A stretch of 64,000 nt of DNA from an uncultured delta proteobacterium (GCA_963712115.1 CAVQGX010000032.1:107761-171760); one strand, 5' to 3'. Numbered from the stretch's first letter, positions 28,132 through 38,868 are shown. Notes: generated from the letters alone by a model not told the origin. Program-made: numbers and translations.

Positions 28132-29163
28132 ATGGATGTTCGTGAACGACTCGGTGAACTGTTAATGGTTGGCTTTATGGGTCAGGAGATGACTGCGAAT
28201 CTGGCCGCCCACATCCTCGACTTGCAGCCGGCCGGCCTTATATTCTTCAGCAGAAACATCAGGGATCCCGAACAGCTGGCTCGGCTTACTTGGGAAATTC
28301 AGACCCTGGCACTGCGGGAGCTCGGACGTCCTCTTTTCCTGGCTGTGGATCAAGAGGGGGGCTCTGTTGCCAGAATGGGTCCACCTTTCACCCAAATTCC
28401 CCATGCCGCCGACCTTGGCAGCAGTGGTTCTGAGCTGGCGAGCCATTATTACGGGCTCACTGCCCGTGAGATGAATTTGGTGGGTCTAAACCTGAACCTG
28501 GCACCCGTTCTTGATGTTAGTTCAGGGGAGGTGATGGAACACCGTTCTTTTGGCCGAGACCCGTCTGTGGTTTCGCAATGCGGTATAGCAGCCATAGAGG
28601 CGACTCAGTCCGCGGGCATTATAGCCACCGTCAAACATTTCCCCGGTTTGGGTCGAACCCGAAAGGATCCACACCACGATTTGCCGGTGATAGCAGCGGA
28701 TAGAGACGAACTTGACCGTTGCGATCTGCCACCCTTTAAGGCTGCCATCCAAGCCGATGCGGCCTGTGTGATGACTTCCCACACCATATATCCAGCTCTT
28801 GATCCAGAATATCCCGGCACATTTTCCCGCGCCATTATCCGCAGCCTGCTGCGGGATGAACTGGGCTTCGGCGGAGTGGTAATTACTGACGACCTGGAAA
28901 TGGGAGCAGTGGTAGAGAGATATTCGCAAGGGGCTGCAACAATAGCAGCTCTCAAGGCGGGCGCTGATCTCCTGTTGGTTTGTAATGATCTGAAAAAAAT
29001 GTCTCAGACGGCCGGGGCACTTAGTCATGGTCTCGACCGCGGCCTTCTTGACCCTGATGATTTGACTCTTGCTTTGGCTAGGGTGGAAAAGCTCAGAAAA
29101 GCATACTTAGAGCCCGTCAACCTCGCTAATGTTGAAGCTGTGGCCGCTCACTTTTCCTCTTGA
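28132..29163 (+). CDS. nagZ: Beta-N-acetylhexosaminidase (GH3)
   Basis: AVDQEGG.V.R, NLAPVLD, KHFPGLG...DPH, ITDDLEMGA; start taken at MDVRERLG. Confidence 0.9.
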   Translation: MDVRERLGELLMVGFMGQEMTANLAAHILDLQPAGLIFFSRNIRDPEQLARLTWEIQTLALRELGRPLFLAVDQEGGSVARMGPPFTQIPHAADLGSSGSELASHYYGLTAREMNLVGLNLNLAPVLDVSSGEVMEHRSFGRDPSVVSQCGIAAIEATQSAGIIATVKHFPGLGRTRKDPHHDLPVIAADRDELDRCDLPPFKAAIQADAACVMTSHTIYPALDPEYPGTFSRAIIRSLLRDELGFGGVVITDDLEMGAVVERYSQGAATIAALKAGADLLLVCNDLKKMSQTAGALSHGLDRGLLDPDDLTLALARVEKLRKAYLEPVNLANVEAVAAHFSS

Positions 29164-29185
29164 TTCACCTTTTGCTCCTAACGGG

Positions 29186-30565
29186 CTAGACCGCGTCTGT
29201 TAATTGCTCGGCTTCCTCAACGTCTTCGGTCTCGCCATCTGCTGCAGCAAATTCCTCCCTGACTCTTGCCAACAGATCGGCCACGCTGAGACCATCAACT
29301 CCCTCTTTACCCTGCTCACGTACAAGTTTTAGCACCTCCGAAATAATCTTTCCGTATCCTTCAGTTACCATGGTTTCTGGAACGGATTCTCTCTGCTCCA
29401 ATCCTTCCACCAAATCAAAAACCATGAGGTGCTTCATGTCCTTAGCTGGGAGAACTTCGTACCCATTCTCCCCACCGGCTTTTAAAACCCCCATATTTTC
29501 CATAATCTCTAAAAGCGCTCTTGTCTCATCTGCTGGTACTGTCAGCTCCTCCGCCAGTTCCATTATTGTTGGAGGCGACTTGCCCGCCTCGAACCGTTCA
29601 CAGACCAACAGCAGCAATTGCAGGCCCCAGTAGCTTCTGTTCACCGTGGGTTGAGCTCGCCAGCGCTGCCGTAAACGGAACCGTGCTAGATTCTGGTGGG
29701 CAAAGGCAATCTCCGCCCCTAATAGTAAAATAATCCAGCTGACAAATATCCAGATAAGCAGCATAGGAAGCTGTGAAAGGGCCCCGTAGATTGCCCCGTA
29801 GGTTCTGAAACCAAACTGATAATGGATGTAGGCCAATTGACAAAACTGCCAGAGTGTTCCACCTATGATTCCGCCCGCAGAGGCGGAGATCGGATTAACG
29901 CGCGTGTTGGGCATGAAGAGGTATATAAAGGAAAAGGCCAACCACATGACGAAGAAAGGCGCTATTTTAAGTAGGTAGACATATATTCGACCCAATAGAT
30001 CTATGCTTAGGAGTTCCTGGGTTACCAGGTGACTCTTGACAAAAGTCATCAAACTCACGGACACGAACATTGCCACCGGCAGAATCACCACCAGACCCAG
30101 ATAATCACTGCATTTTCTTAGCCAGGGCCTACCGCGATCCACTTGCCAGATCTGGTTGAAGGCCATTTCAATGTTGGTTAGCACTAGAATCATAGTGAGA
30201 AAAAGAAAGGTTATTCCCAGAGTCCCCAGCGAGCCCACATGGATGCGGGAAACATACTCCATTATACGTTCGGTGATTGGGTGGGATCCGCCGGTAAGCC
30301 TCTCAAGGAAAAAGGGCTCAAGCGCTTTTTGCACGCCGAGCCCCTTTAGGAGAGCAAACATAAGGGCCAGCAGAGGCACCAAAGTTAAAAGTGTGGTATA
30401 GGTGAGACCTGAGGCTCGCAGCAAACTGCTGTCTTTCCAGAACTCCCGCCAAACATATAATGCCAGTTGCAGCTGTTTGTAGATTGCACCTTTAAGGCGT
30501 GGGAGTTTATCGACTTCAATCAGCCAAACGTCATTGGTGAGAAATTTACGGACAGGACCGAACAT
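29186..30565 (-). CDS. YihY/virulence factor BrkB family membrane protein
   Basis: RASGLTYTTLL.LVP, IE.AFNQIW, YGAIYG..SQLP..LIW; C-terminal HTH-like region. Confidence 0.9.
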   Translation of the reverse strand: MFGPVRKFLTNDVWLIEVDKLPRLKGAIYKQLQLALYVWREFWKDSSLLRASGLTYTTLLTLVPLLALMFALLKGLGVQKALEPFFLERLTGGSHPITERIMEYVSRIHVGSLGTLGITFLFLTMILVLTNIEMAFNQIWQVDRGRPWLRKCSDYLGLVVILPVAMFVSVSLMTFVKSHLVTQELLSIDLLGRIYVYLLKIAPFFVMWLAFSFIYLFMPNTRVNPISASAGGIIGGTLWQFCQLAYIHYQFGFRTYGAIYGALSQLPMLLIWIFVSWIILLLGAEIAFAHQNLARFRLRQRWRAQPTVNRSYWGLQLLLLVCERFEAGKSPPTIMELAEELTVPADETRALLEIMENMGVLKAGGENGYEVLPAKDMKHLMVFDLVEGLEQRESVPETMVTEGYGKIISEVLKLVREQGKEGVDGLSVADLLARVREEFAAADGETEDVEEAEQLTDAV

Positions 30566-30707
30566 CGTATTTTACTCGCTCTGTTATTTCTATTGGTGAA
30601 AAGTTTACATTTGCTTAAGCAAGAATTCTGCCAACCTCAGTCCTATTTCCTTCTTGTTCTGCTGGTTTTATATGGTAGAATCGTCACAGCTTAGAGGGAG
30701 GGTAAAA

Positions 30708-31124
30708 ATGGCGTCTTTAAATCGTGTGCTTTTGATTGGGAACTTGGGTGCAGATCCAGAGTTGAGTTACACCCCTAGCGGCACTGCCAAAGCTACTATA
30801 AGGCTGGCCACCCACGAAGTCTGGACCAACAAAGAAGGAGAAAAGGGGGAACGCACCGAATGGCATCGGATCATTGCCTGGGGAAGACTGGCAGAAATTT
30901 GCGGAGAGTATTTAACTAAAGGCAGGCAGATATTCATTGAGGGACGATTGCAAACCCGTTCCTGGGAAGATCGGGACGGCAACAAGCGTTGGACCACGGA
31001 GATTGTCGCTTCCGGCATGCAAATGCTCGGCAGTCCCCGGGGAACCCCCTCCGAAACGGAGTTGCCCCCGGCCGATGTGGACGCACCTGACCTGCCAGAA
31101 CCGGATGACGATATTCCCTTCTAG
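30708..31124 (+). CDS. ssb: Single-stranded DNA-binding protein
   Basis: [32 protein letters not shown]-terminal DDDIPF. Confidence 0.98.
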   Translation: MASLNRVLLIGNLGADPELSYTPSGTAKATIRLATHEVWTNKEGEKGERTEWHRIIAWGRLAEICGEYLTKGRQIFIEGRLQTRSWEDRDGNKRWTTEIVASGMQMLGSPRGTPSETELPPADVDAPDLPEPDDDIPF

Positions 31125-31275
31125 CTTTATTCCCTGGATATCTCTGAGGTTTAAAGATTAGCTTGGTAAGGTCTGTGGAATTGCAGCTGAGACTGGGCAA
31201 AATCCTGCTCTGCGGGAGGGACTGTAAATCCAGCTAAACCTTGAGTTTAGCCGTCAATTGCTATTTCTTCAGTGG

Positions 31276-31476
31276 TTAGACCTCCTCCTGCTTCTCCTCA
31301 ATCTTGGGTTTCTCGCTTTTGTTTTCTACTTCATCCGAGCCAGATGATGCCTTCCTGAAATTCTTGATACCTTTGCCGAGACCCGCACCAATTTCTGGTA
31401 ACTTCCCGGCACCAAAAATTATCAAGATAATCACCAGGATCACCAGCAATTCGGGCATGCCGATTCCGCCAATCAT
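31276..31476 (-). CDS. tatA: Twin-arginine translocase TatA/E
   Basis: [36 protein letters not shown]. Confidence 0.95.
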   Translation of the reverse strand: MIGGIGMPELLVILVIILIIFGAGKLPEIGAGLGKGIKNFRKASSGSDEVENKSEKPKIEEKQEEV

Positions 31477-31509
31477 ATCTCGCTCCTTCCTATCCCCGAC
31501 CACCAGTTC

Positions 31510-31899
31510 CTACCACAAAGCCTCGAACTCATGCAATAACTTGATGAACTCTTTAGAGTTGCGGTAGTGGTCCAGAGCTTTCTGATGCTGCAACCAGGTG
31601 CGCCAGATTTCCATCCACTCCTGATTGTGCCAGTAGCGTCCGGCTCCCGATTCTCCCATATTGAGTTCGAGGTAGACCTTATATTCGTCACCACAGCCAG
31701 AGCACAATGGATAAGGCAATGGGGAATGTTGTCTATCCTCAACTTCCTCGATCTGCGTGCCACACCTGGAGCATTTGAGCTGACACCGGGCGCATTGCAG
31801 TACCTTTTTTAGTACCTCGAGCTTTTCTTCGTCCAGCCCGTTGGTTTTTTCCCTTTGTTGCTGCTGGCGCCGCTTTTCTAACTCAATGATGTCTGCCAC
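31510..31899 (-). CDS. Hypothetical Cys-rich (putative Zn-binding) protein
   Basis: GGAGG RBS before a GTG start; CARC, CSRC and CSGC motifs. Confidence 0.7.
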   Translation of the reverse strand: MADIIELEKRRQQQQREKTNGLDEEKLEVLKKVLQCARCQLKCSRCGTQIEEVEDRQHSPLPYPLCSGCGDEYKVYLELNMGESGAGRYWHNQEWMEIWRTWLQHQKALDHYRNSKEFIKLLHEFEALW

Positions 31900-31954
31900 G
31901 CCAACCCTCCACTCTTCGATTAAACCTTCAAAGTTTATATTAATTTCCACACTA

Positions 31955-33292
31955 TCACGACGCCTTGTCTGAATCAAGCGATAGCTGATCCTCTCCCTCT
32001 TCCGTCTCAGGCTGATCCTCATCCAAATGGAACAATTTGCGCGTAACATCCAGGTAGGAGTCTTTGCGCGACCTGGTACTTATGCGTTTGAGGAAAAGAA
32101 TGGGATCATGAAGCAATTTGTTGACTACAGACCTAGTCAGAACATTAATGGCTTCAATCTCCCCTCCAGAGAGAGAATCAAGTTGGCTTAGAGTCTTGTG
32201 AATTTCGGCCTTCCTGATCTGCTCCGCCTTCTCTCGCAAGGATACAATGGTGGGAACAACCTCTAGTGTTCGCAGCCAAGCGTCAAATTTCAGTGCCTCA
32301 GCTGAAATAATGTGCTCCGCCCTCGCTGCCTCTTTGATCCGCTCGGCCCGATTAATCTCGACAATACCTTGCAAGTCATCGATATTATATAGATATACAT
32401 TGTCTATACGGTTTACATCGGGATCGATATCACGGGGCACAGCAATATCTATGAAGAACAGTGGCCGGTTACGCCGTGCCCTCATCCGCTTCCTTACTTG
32501 CCCAGCGTTCAAAATGGGCTCGGGTGAACCTGTGGAGCTGATAATGATGTCAGTCTTTCTTAACTCCTCTACTAATTCCTCCCACGGTACTGTAGACCCG
32601 TTGAACCTTCTGGCCAAGGCCAAGGCCCTCTCAAGAGTGCGGTTGGCTACGACAATTCGTTCGACCCCGTTGGAAATAAGGTGTTCCGCAGCCAGTTCAG
32701 CCATCTCTCCGGCACCAATAAGCAGCGCGATTTTCCCTTGCAGTTCTCCGAATATCTTTTTGGCAAGCTCCACCGCCGCATAGCTAATCGACACCGCGTT
32801 ACTTCCTATTCGGGTCTCTGTACGCACCCGCTTGGCTACAGAAAATGACTTGTGGAGAAGCCTGTTGAGGACTACTCCAGATGCCTTGGCTTCAGTAGCC
32901 TGGCGGTAAGCATCCTTGATCTGTCCCAGAATCTGAGGTTCGCCCACCACCATAGAATCCAGACTGCATGCAACTCTAAAAAGGTGCTTGACGGCGTCTT
33001 GGTCAATATAAATGTAGAGATAGGGCTTTAGTGCCGCCCCAGTCTGACCATAAATTTCCGCCAGCAAACCTACCACAGCACTGATTCCCTCATCCAATCT
33101 TGGGGTGGTGAATAGCACTTCCATACGGTTACAGGTGGAAAGATAAAAAGACTCCCTCAGTGAGCGAATCTGGGCAAAATCGGATAGAGGCCCTTTGCTG
33201 TCCACACAAACAATACTAAATTTCTCCCGGATTTCCACCGGAGCGGTTTTATGGTTCAATCCTATGAGAACGATACGATCCATAGCGTTCAA
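31955..33292 (-). CDS. hemA: Glutamyl-tRNA reductase
   Basis: GLNHKTAPVEIRE, LSTCNR.E, SLDSMVVGEPQILGQ, GAGEMA, DIAVPRD. Confidence 0.98.
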   Translation of the reverse strand: MNAMDRIVLIGLNHKTAPVEIREKFSIVCVDSKGPLSDFAQIRSLRESFYLSTCNRMEVLFTTPRLDEGISAVVGLLAEIYGQTGAALKPYLYIYIDQDAVKHLFRVACSLDSMVVGEPQILGQIKDAYRQATEAKASGVVLNRLLHKSFSVAKRVRTETRIGSNAVSISYAAVELAKKIFGELQGKIALLIGAGEMAELAAEHLISNGVERIVVANRTLERALALARRFNGSTVPWEELVEELRKTDIIISSTGSPEPILNAGQVRKRMRARRNRPLFFIDIAVPRDIDPDVNRIDNVYLYNIDDLQGIVEINRAERIKEAARAEHIISAEALKFDAWLRTLEVVPTIVSLREKAEQIRKAEIHKTLSQLDSLSGGEIEAINVLTRSVVNKLLHDPILFLKRISTRSRKDSYLDVTRKLFHLDEDQPETEEGEDQLSLDSDKAS

Positions 33293-34123
33293 CTAACCAA
33301 GGCTAAAACTGTGATGACCCTTGAGTATTAGACTTGCACCAACAAAGGTCACCAAAATAATACTGAAACCGATAATTGCCATAATGGCTGCCCGTCGGCC
33401 GCGCCACCCTACAGCTAACCGTTCATGGAGTAGCACCGCATAAATCAGCCAGGTAATCACCGCGAGAATTTCCTTTGGGTCCCAATGCCAGAACGAACGC
33501 AAGACAGCACCGGCGTAAACGAAACCTGAGATAAGCCCTACGGTAATAAGCGGAAACCCGAAAGTCAGGCAAACGTAGTTGAGCGAATCAAGCGTTTCAA
33601 GAGAGGGCAACCGCCGATAAAGAAGTCCAAAACTCTTTGTCTTGATCTGTCTTTCCTGGAGGAGGTACATAATGCCTGCGCAGAAGGCCAGAGCAAAGAT
33701 GGCATTGCCGAAAAAGATGGTCGTTACGTGTAGGGTCAGCCAGAAACTTTTGAATAGTTGGCTATCGGGAATTATCCGTCCCGGGATGGCAGATGAAAGG
33801 ATCATGAAAATTACGGCCAATGGTGAGACGAAAGTGCCAAAAACGCGGATGTTAAATTTCAATTGGAAGGCAAGATAACTACCCACAATGGCCCAGGCAA
33901 AAAGGGAAAAAGTCTGGGGCAAGGTGGTTACCGGCATCTGCTTTATTTGACCTATAAGTAAAGCTAAACCGAGAGAGTGGCTAAGAAATCCTGCCAGGAG
34001 AAACGCATAGGCAACCCGGTGTATGACCAATTCTGTGCGAACAACGTAGATAAGGTAGCCAACCGTCCCCACTGAATATAGCAGGGTGGTTACAATTGAG
34101 AAGAGAAAAAGGGACTCACTCAC
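33293..34123 (-). CDS. ccsA: Cytochrome c biogenesis / HemX-like membrane protein (CcsA family)
   Basis: WLTLHV, MYLLQERQIK, LPSLETLD, WDPKE, GWRGRRAA. Confidence 0.85.
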   Translation of the reverse strand: MSESLFLFSIVTTLLYSVGTVGYLIYVVRTELVIHRVAYAFLLAGFLSHSLGLALLIGQIKQMPVTTLPQTFSLFAWAIVGSYLAFQLKFNIRVFGTFVSPLAVIFMILSSAIPGRIIPDSQLFKSFWLTLHVTTIFFGNAIFALAFCAGIMYLLQERQIKTKSFGLLYRRLPSLETLDSLNYVCLTFGFPLITVGLISGFVYAGAVLRSFWHWDPKEILAVITWLIYAVLLHERLAVGWRGRRAAIMAIIGFSIILVTFVGASLILKGHHSFSLG

Positions 34124-34782
34124 CAGGAGATCTCCAACTCTTTGAGTGAATAGTCCGATCCCAGGACTGTCTGCAAAATGTTATCCACCGCCGCAAAATC
34201 TCGTCTCCGCACCAGCTCAAGCAACTCCGATTTTACCAGACCATCGAATTTTTCCTTGTTGGCTCGAGAGTCCTGACTCTCTCTGAGCAATCGGCTGCGT
34301 ACCGCTCCCATTATCTCGAGGACTTCAGCGTACTCCGGTCCGAAACGCTGCTCCAGATCTTCACGGATTTGACGCGCTAAGGCCGGGCTTTTACCCGAGG
34401 TGGAGATAGCTAGAGTCAGAGCGCCCCGTTGGATCAAGGCGGGTAGGATGAAATTGCCCTCTTGAGGATAGTCAACCACGTTGCAAAGGAGTCCACGTTT
34501 TTCCGCATCTTTCGCTATTTGACAGTTGAGCTCAAAATCGTCGGTAGCGGCGATTACCAGGGAGCATCCCTCGAGCTGTTTTTCTTCATAATGGTTTCCC
34601 ACCAAGTCAACAACCCCTTCCTGGATTTTCTCCGCCAGCCACTCCACCACCTCAGGCGAAACTAACGCCACCGAGGCCCCGCAGCTCAGAAGCGTCTGAA
34701 CCTTGCGTGCCCCTACTTCTCCGCCACCCACTACCAGACAAGGCCGGTTTTCTACTTTGAGGAAGATAGGGTAATAGTTCAC
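34120..34782 (-). CDS. Precorrin-2 dehydrogenase / sirohydrochlorin ferrochelatase (SirC/CysG-N)
   Basis: YYPIFL, LVVGGGEVGARK, LVIAATD, CNVVD.P, ISTSGKSPALAR. Confidence 0.92.
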   Translation of the reverse strand: MNYYPIFLKVENRPCLVVGGGEVGARKVQTLLSCGASVALVSPEVVEWLAEKIQEGVVDLVGNHYEEKQLEGCSLVIAATDDFELNCQIAKDAEKRGLLCNVVDYPQEGNFILPALIQRGALTLAISTSGKSPALARQIREDLEQRFGPEYAEVLEIMGAVRSRLLRESQDSRANKEKFDGLVKSELLELVRRRDFAAVDNILQTVLGSDYSLKELEISW

Positions 34783-34965
34783 TGATATGATCTCAGAACG
34801 AAAAAGATAGCTCAAAAAGGTAGGATGGTGGTAACTCCTACCACATTAAAACCGTCGAGGGCGAAAACTTGATACGAAAATGGTATGCCCTTTACCACGG
34901 GTGTAATTTGTAAAAATATCAATTCTATTAATCCAAATCAAGCAGAGAAATACGCAGCAACAAGC

Positions 34966-34994
34966 TTGACGCAGACTACCAATCATTTTAACAT
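34966..34994 (+). promoter_or_regulatory. Sigma-70 promoter upstream of plsC (MITE copy 2 lies in the 5' UTR)
   Basis: TTGACG-N17-TAACAT. Confidence 0.55.
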
Positions 34995-35007
34995 ACCTCG
35001 AAACTCA

Positions 35008-35284
35008 CTGGCCCGGATGTTTCATGAATTGCTTTCACGAGACCACAAAGATGGGCGTGCCCGCCTGCCACGCCTGAGTCCGCCTCAAGCGGGCGATGGC
35101 GGGCAGGCAACCGGGCAACCGTCCCGCGGTACCGCGTGATTGGTCCCTAGGCGTACCTGAATGGTAAGTCGCAGGGTCCAACACCTGAGGACGCGCGGCC
35201 TCCGGCTCGTAGTGCCTACAGCTCGGAGAGAAGGACGATCATATCCGTATTCGAAGTAAGCGGTTCATGAAACATCCGGGCTAA
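35008..35284. mobile_element. MITE family A, copy 2 (two internal REP-like insertions)
   Basis: TIR GCCCGGATGTTTCATGAA...TTCATGAAACATCCGGGC; shared core GAGACC..AGATGGGCGTGCC, GGCGTACCTGAA, GTCGCAGGG, GAAGGACG. Confidence 0.85.
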
Positions 35285-35297
35285 CCCAGGTTGGGAA

Positions 35298-36062
35298 ATG
35301 CTCCGTTCTCTGCTGTTCTACCTCATACTGTTTCTGGCTACAGTCTTTTGCAGTATTGCCGCCATCTGCGCCGCTCTGGTAACTCGCGGTGGCAATGGTT
35401 CTCATTTGGTAGGTCGGCTTTGGTCGCGGATCATGCTGTTTACTAGTGGGGTGAAGGTCCAGGTGGAGGGGCTGGACAACATCAACCCGGAAGAAGCATA
35501 CGTATTCGCTGCTAACCATCAAAGTCAGTTCGACATCTTCACCATACTCGGCTACTTGCCCACCCAGTTTCGCTGGCTCGCCAAAAAAGAGCTCTTTCGT
35601 ATTCCTATATTCGGTGCTGCCATGAAAGGCGCTGGTTACATCCCCATTGACCGTAGTAACCGCAAAGAAGCCTTCAAGAGCATTGATCTGGCAGCATCCA
35701 AAGTTCGGGAGGGAACCTCTGTTGTTATTTTCCCCGAAGGAACCCGCAGCTTGGACGGCAAACTTCAGTCCTTTAAGAAGGGCGGCTTTCACCTTGCAAT
35801 CAAATCCAAGCGTCCCATCGTTCCGGTGAGCATCAGTGGAGCTTTTTCAATTCTTCCCAAAAAGGGATTCAGGGTCCGCCCTCGGCTAGTTAAGGTATGT
35901 GTTGGCGAGCCTGTACCCACCGAGGATATCACCCCACAGAATAGAGATTGGTTGATCTCCGAAATTCGCCGGAGAATTCAAGAAAAACTGCCTCCCGAGG
36001 AAAAGGGTCAACCTGAACCGTTAAGGAGCCGGCCTTTTATAGCGGACTCAGAAGTCCCATGA
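35298..36062 (+). CDS. plsC: 1-acyl-sn-glycerol-3-phosphate acyltransferase
   Basis: NHQSQFD, AKKELF, IDRS, IFPEGTRS, FKKGGF. Confidence 0.92.
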   Translation: MLRSLLFYLILFLATVFCSIAAICAALVTRGGNGSHLVGRLWSRIMLFTSGVKVQVEGLDNINPEEAYVFAANHQSQFDIFTILGYLPTQFRWLAKKELFRIPIFGAAMKGAGYIPIDRSNRKEAFKSIDLAASKVREGTSVVIFPEGTRSLDGKLQSFKKGGFHLAIKSKRPIVPVSISGAFSILPKKGFRVRPRLVKVCVGEPVPTEDITPQNRDWLISEIRRRIQEKLPPEEKGQPEPLRSRPFIADSEVP

Positions 36063-36356
36063 ACCATGACCAATTGACGAATCATTTCTTAGAAAATTGG
36101 TACTTCCGGAATTTGCTTGGATGATCATCTATTTGCCATTGATGCCATGGTTCCCCTTGGACAGGGGGTGCTCCGAGGCGAAGTGCATCTGAGACACCGG
36201 AAGTACAACAAAATTCACCTCGGCGGTCTCGGCGAAATACGGTTGAATAGAATGCTCTTTTTTTATGACGACACCATCTCCCCTTTGCCCGTTGCCCGTT
36301 TCGAGTTTTACTGCTTGGTGGTTACTTCTTAGTGCTTAGTTCGCGGAGCGCCGCAG

Positions 36357-36385
36357 TTGACACCGAATGTAACCTCTAGTATGAA
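36357..36385 (+). promoter_or_regulatory. Possible sigma-70 promoter of ftsK
   Basis: TTGACA-N17-TATGAA. Confidence 0.5.
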
Positions 36386-36487
36386 GGATGGGAAATTCTC
36401 CCCCTTCGGGATTCTGCCGAGACCGAGGCGGAAAATGTGTCTTTTGTTCCAAGGCGGGCTGAGACATAGAAAGAGACGGACAAATAT

Positions 36488-38650
36488 ATGTTGTCCAAAT
36501 TAGACCCTAAAGCAAGAGAAATTACCGCACTCTGCCTTTTGGGGCTGGCACTATTGCTATTTCTCAGTTTAGTTACTTATCACAACAGTGATCCAACAAT
36601 ATTTACCGCTTCTGGTGGTCAGCGTCCGGTCCAGAATGCAGTAGGAATTGTTGGTGCTAATATTGCAGCTATCCTCTTGGTCACAGTTGGAATAAGCGCA
36701 TATTGGCTGCCCACCTTTCTTCTCCTCGGGGCTGTTTGGCTCTTTCTGCCCCGAGAAGGTTCACACCCACTGTTACTCGCCATTGGCTGCACCTTGCTCA
36801 TAGTCTCCTCAAGTGGCCTGGCCACGCTCTATTGGCCTGCGCTCAGGCTCTGGGGTGAGTCTTTGCCGGGAAGTGGCGGCATATTGGGGCTGGTACTGAA
36901 AAAATATCTCCAATTTTATCTCAAGCCCATGGGAGCCTATCTGGTCCTCTGGTTACTAGCCGCAGTGGCCATTCTGTTGGCAACTTCAATCTCAGTTGCC
37001 CGCACCGCCATTGCCCTGAATGCAGGGCTTACAAAACTTTGGCAGATCATCCAGAACATCAGAAACCAGCGCGAGCAAAAAGCAGAGCTAAACCTCAGAG
37101 CCGCTACTAAAGCTCCCGTTGTCAAGAGACAAAAAGAAAAAAAGGCTGAGGTCGAGGAACACGAACAGGCCCAGTTCAGGTTCATGGAAGCGGAAGGTGA
37201 TTTTCGGCTTCCTACCGTCGCCCTGCTGGACTCGCCGGACCACTCTGTGGAAACCCCGGACCAGGAAAGTTTGGTAATGAACTCCCGGATCCTGGAAAAA
37301 AAACTTGCCGACTTCGGGGTGGTAGGAGAAGTCACTGAGGTCTCACCTGGGCCGGTTATTACCATGTATGAATTCAAGCCGGCGCCGGGAATTAAAATAA
37401 GTAAAATTGTTAGTCTAGCCGATGACTTGGCTCTAGCTCTAAAAGCAGCGAGCATCCGAATTGTGGCGCCAATTCCCAAGAAAGGGACTTTAGGCATAGA
37501 AATCCCAAATGTCAGCCGCCAACAGGTGGTCATACGGGAGGTTGTCAGTAGCGCCGAGTATCGGAATGCTCAAGGCAAATTGATATTAGCCTTGGGCAAA
37601 GATATCCTGGGAAAGCCGGTGGTTACCGATCTCGCCCGAATGCCCCATCTGCTTATCGCTGGTGCCACCGGCACGGGAAAAAGCGTTTGCCTCAACGCCA
37701 TTACCATAAGCCTCCTCTATCGAGCCACCCCTGATGAAGTCCGCCTTTTGCTCATAGACCCCAAACGGATTGAGCTCTCCTCCTATGAGGGTATCCCACA
37801 CTTGCTTCATCCTGTGGTTACCGATCCGAAGAAGGCAAATACTGCTCTCAAATGGGCGGTGGCGGAGATGGAAAAACGCTATGAGCTTTTGTCCCTAAGA
37901 GGAGTACGCAGTATAGAGCGATACAACCAAATGTTGTCGAAAGCTAAAACCCTTAGGCCAAGACCGGTAAGCCGACCAGTAGCTGAAGAGCCCGAGGGAG
38001 ACGAGGAAAGGCACCTACCCTATCTGGTTATCATTATCGATGAACTTGCTGATTTAATGATGGTCGCCTCTCGTGAGGTGGAAGAATCCATCATTCGTTT
38101 GGCTCAAATGGCACGAGCTGCTGGCATTCATCTCATCCTTGCCACCCAAAGGCCTTCGGTCGATGTACTAACCGGCATTATCAAAGCCAATATCCCGGCG
38201 CGCATATCTTTCCAGGTCTCTTCGAGGACCGACTCCCGCACCATTCTAGATGCCAACGGAGCGGAAGCTTTGCTGGGGGCCGGCGATATGCTCATCTTAC
38301 CTCCGGGAACCGCAAAGTTACAACGTATTCATGGTGCCTATGCCTCGGAATCTGAAATCAGGCGTTTGACTGACTTCCTGCGCAAACAGCGAAAACCAGA
38401 CTATGACGACACGATTTTGAACTACACCGACAAGGCCGAGGATTTGGACATTGAGGATGAAATTGATGAAAAGTACGATGAGGCGGTCCAGATTGTCATG
38501 GAAACCCGCCGGGCTTCCATTTCAATGCTGCAGAGAAGGTTGAGGGTGGGATATAACCGGGCTGCACGAATGATTGAGATGATGGAGCGTCAGGGTTTGG
38601 TAAGCGAGACAGACGGGGTCAGGCCACGGGAGGTATTGCCACCGAAGTAA
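36488..38650 (+). CDS. ftsK: DNA translocase FtsK
   Basis: N-terminal TM domain, MPHLLIAGATGTGKS, IIDELADLMM, ATQRPSVDV, gamma domain SMLQRRLRVGYNRAAR. Confidence 0.98.
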   Translation: MLSKLDPKAREITALCLLGLALLLFLSLVTYHNSDPTIFTASGGQRPVQNAVGIVGANIAAILLVTVGISAYWLPTFLLLGAVWLFLPREGSHPLLLAIGCTLLIVSSSGLATLYWPALRLWGESLPGSGGILGLVLKKYLQFYLKPMGAYLVLWLLAAVAILLATSISVARTAIALNAGLTKLWQIIQNIRNQREQKAELNLRAATKAPVVKRQKEKKAEVEEHEQAQFRFMEAEGDFRLPTVALLDSPDHSVETPDQESLVMNSRILEKKLADFGVVGEVTEVSPGPVITMYEFKPAPGIKISKIVSLADDLALALKAASIRIVAPIPKKGTLGIEIPNVSRQQVVIREVVSSAEYRNAQGKLILALGKDILGKPVVTDLARMPHLLIAGATGTGKSVCLNAITISLLYRATPDEVRLLLIDPKRIELSSYEGIPHLLHPVVTDPKKANTALKWAVAEMEKRYELLSLRGVRSIERYNQMLSKAKTLRPRPVSRPVAEEPEGDEERHLPYLVIIIDELADLMMVASREVEESIIRLAQMARAAGIHLILATQRPSVDVLTGIIKANIPARISFQVSSRTDSRTILDANGAEALLGAGDMLILPPGTAKLQRIHGAYASESEIRRLTDFLRKQRKPDYDDTILNYTDKAEDLDIEDEIDEKYDEAVQIVMETRRASISMLQRRLRVGYNRAARMIEMMERQGLVSETDGVRPREVLPPK

Positions 38651-38868
38651 GCGCGTAGCGCTTAAGCGAGAAGGGCCAGACGAGGATAATCAGCAGGCAG
38701 CAGTTAGCGGGCAGGCTAAAAATACTATCTGTACAATCATTGCTGTTTGCTGCGAGCTGACCGCTGCCAGCTTAATAACACTGGCTGAACCGGCTTAACG
38801 ATTTCAACCACTTAATCGGGTTTAAAGATTTGACTAATCGACTATTTGACCAACCAACTTTCTACCCT

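Noticed and set aside
31219-31231. GGACTGTAAATCC resembles a tRNA-Tyr anticodon arm, and the nearby GGCAAAA hairpin loosely resembles a c-di-GMP-I riboswitch
   Set aside because: No T arm, D arm or acceptor stem, and no GNRA/receptor pattern. It lies between the convergent ssb and tatA genes, where terminator hairpins are expected.
36220-36290. Minus-strand GGGGAG...GTCGTCAT...GCCGAGACC resembles a yybP-ykoY (Mn2+) riboswitch
   Set aside because: The GGAGUA core is altered, the stems are poor, and there is no downstream gene on that strand.
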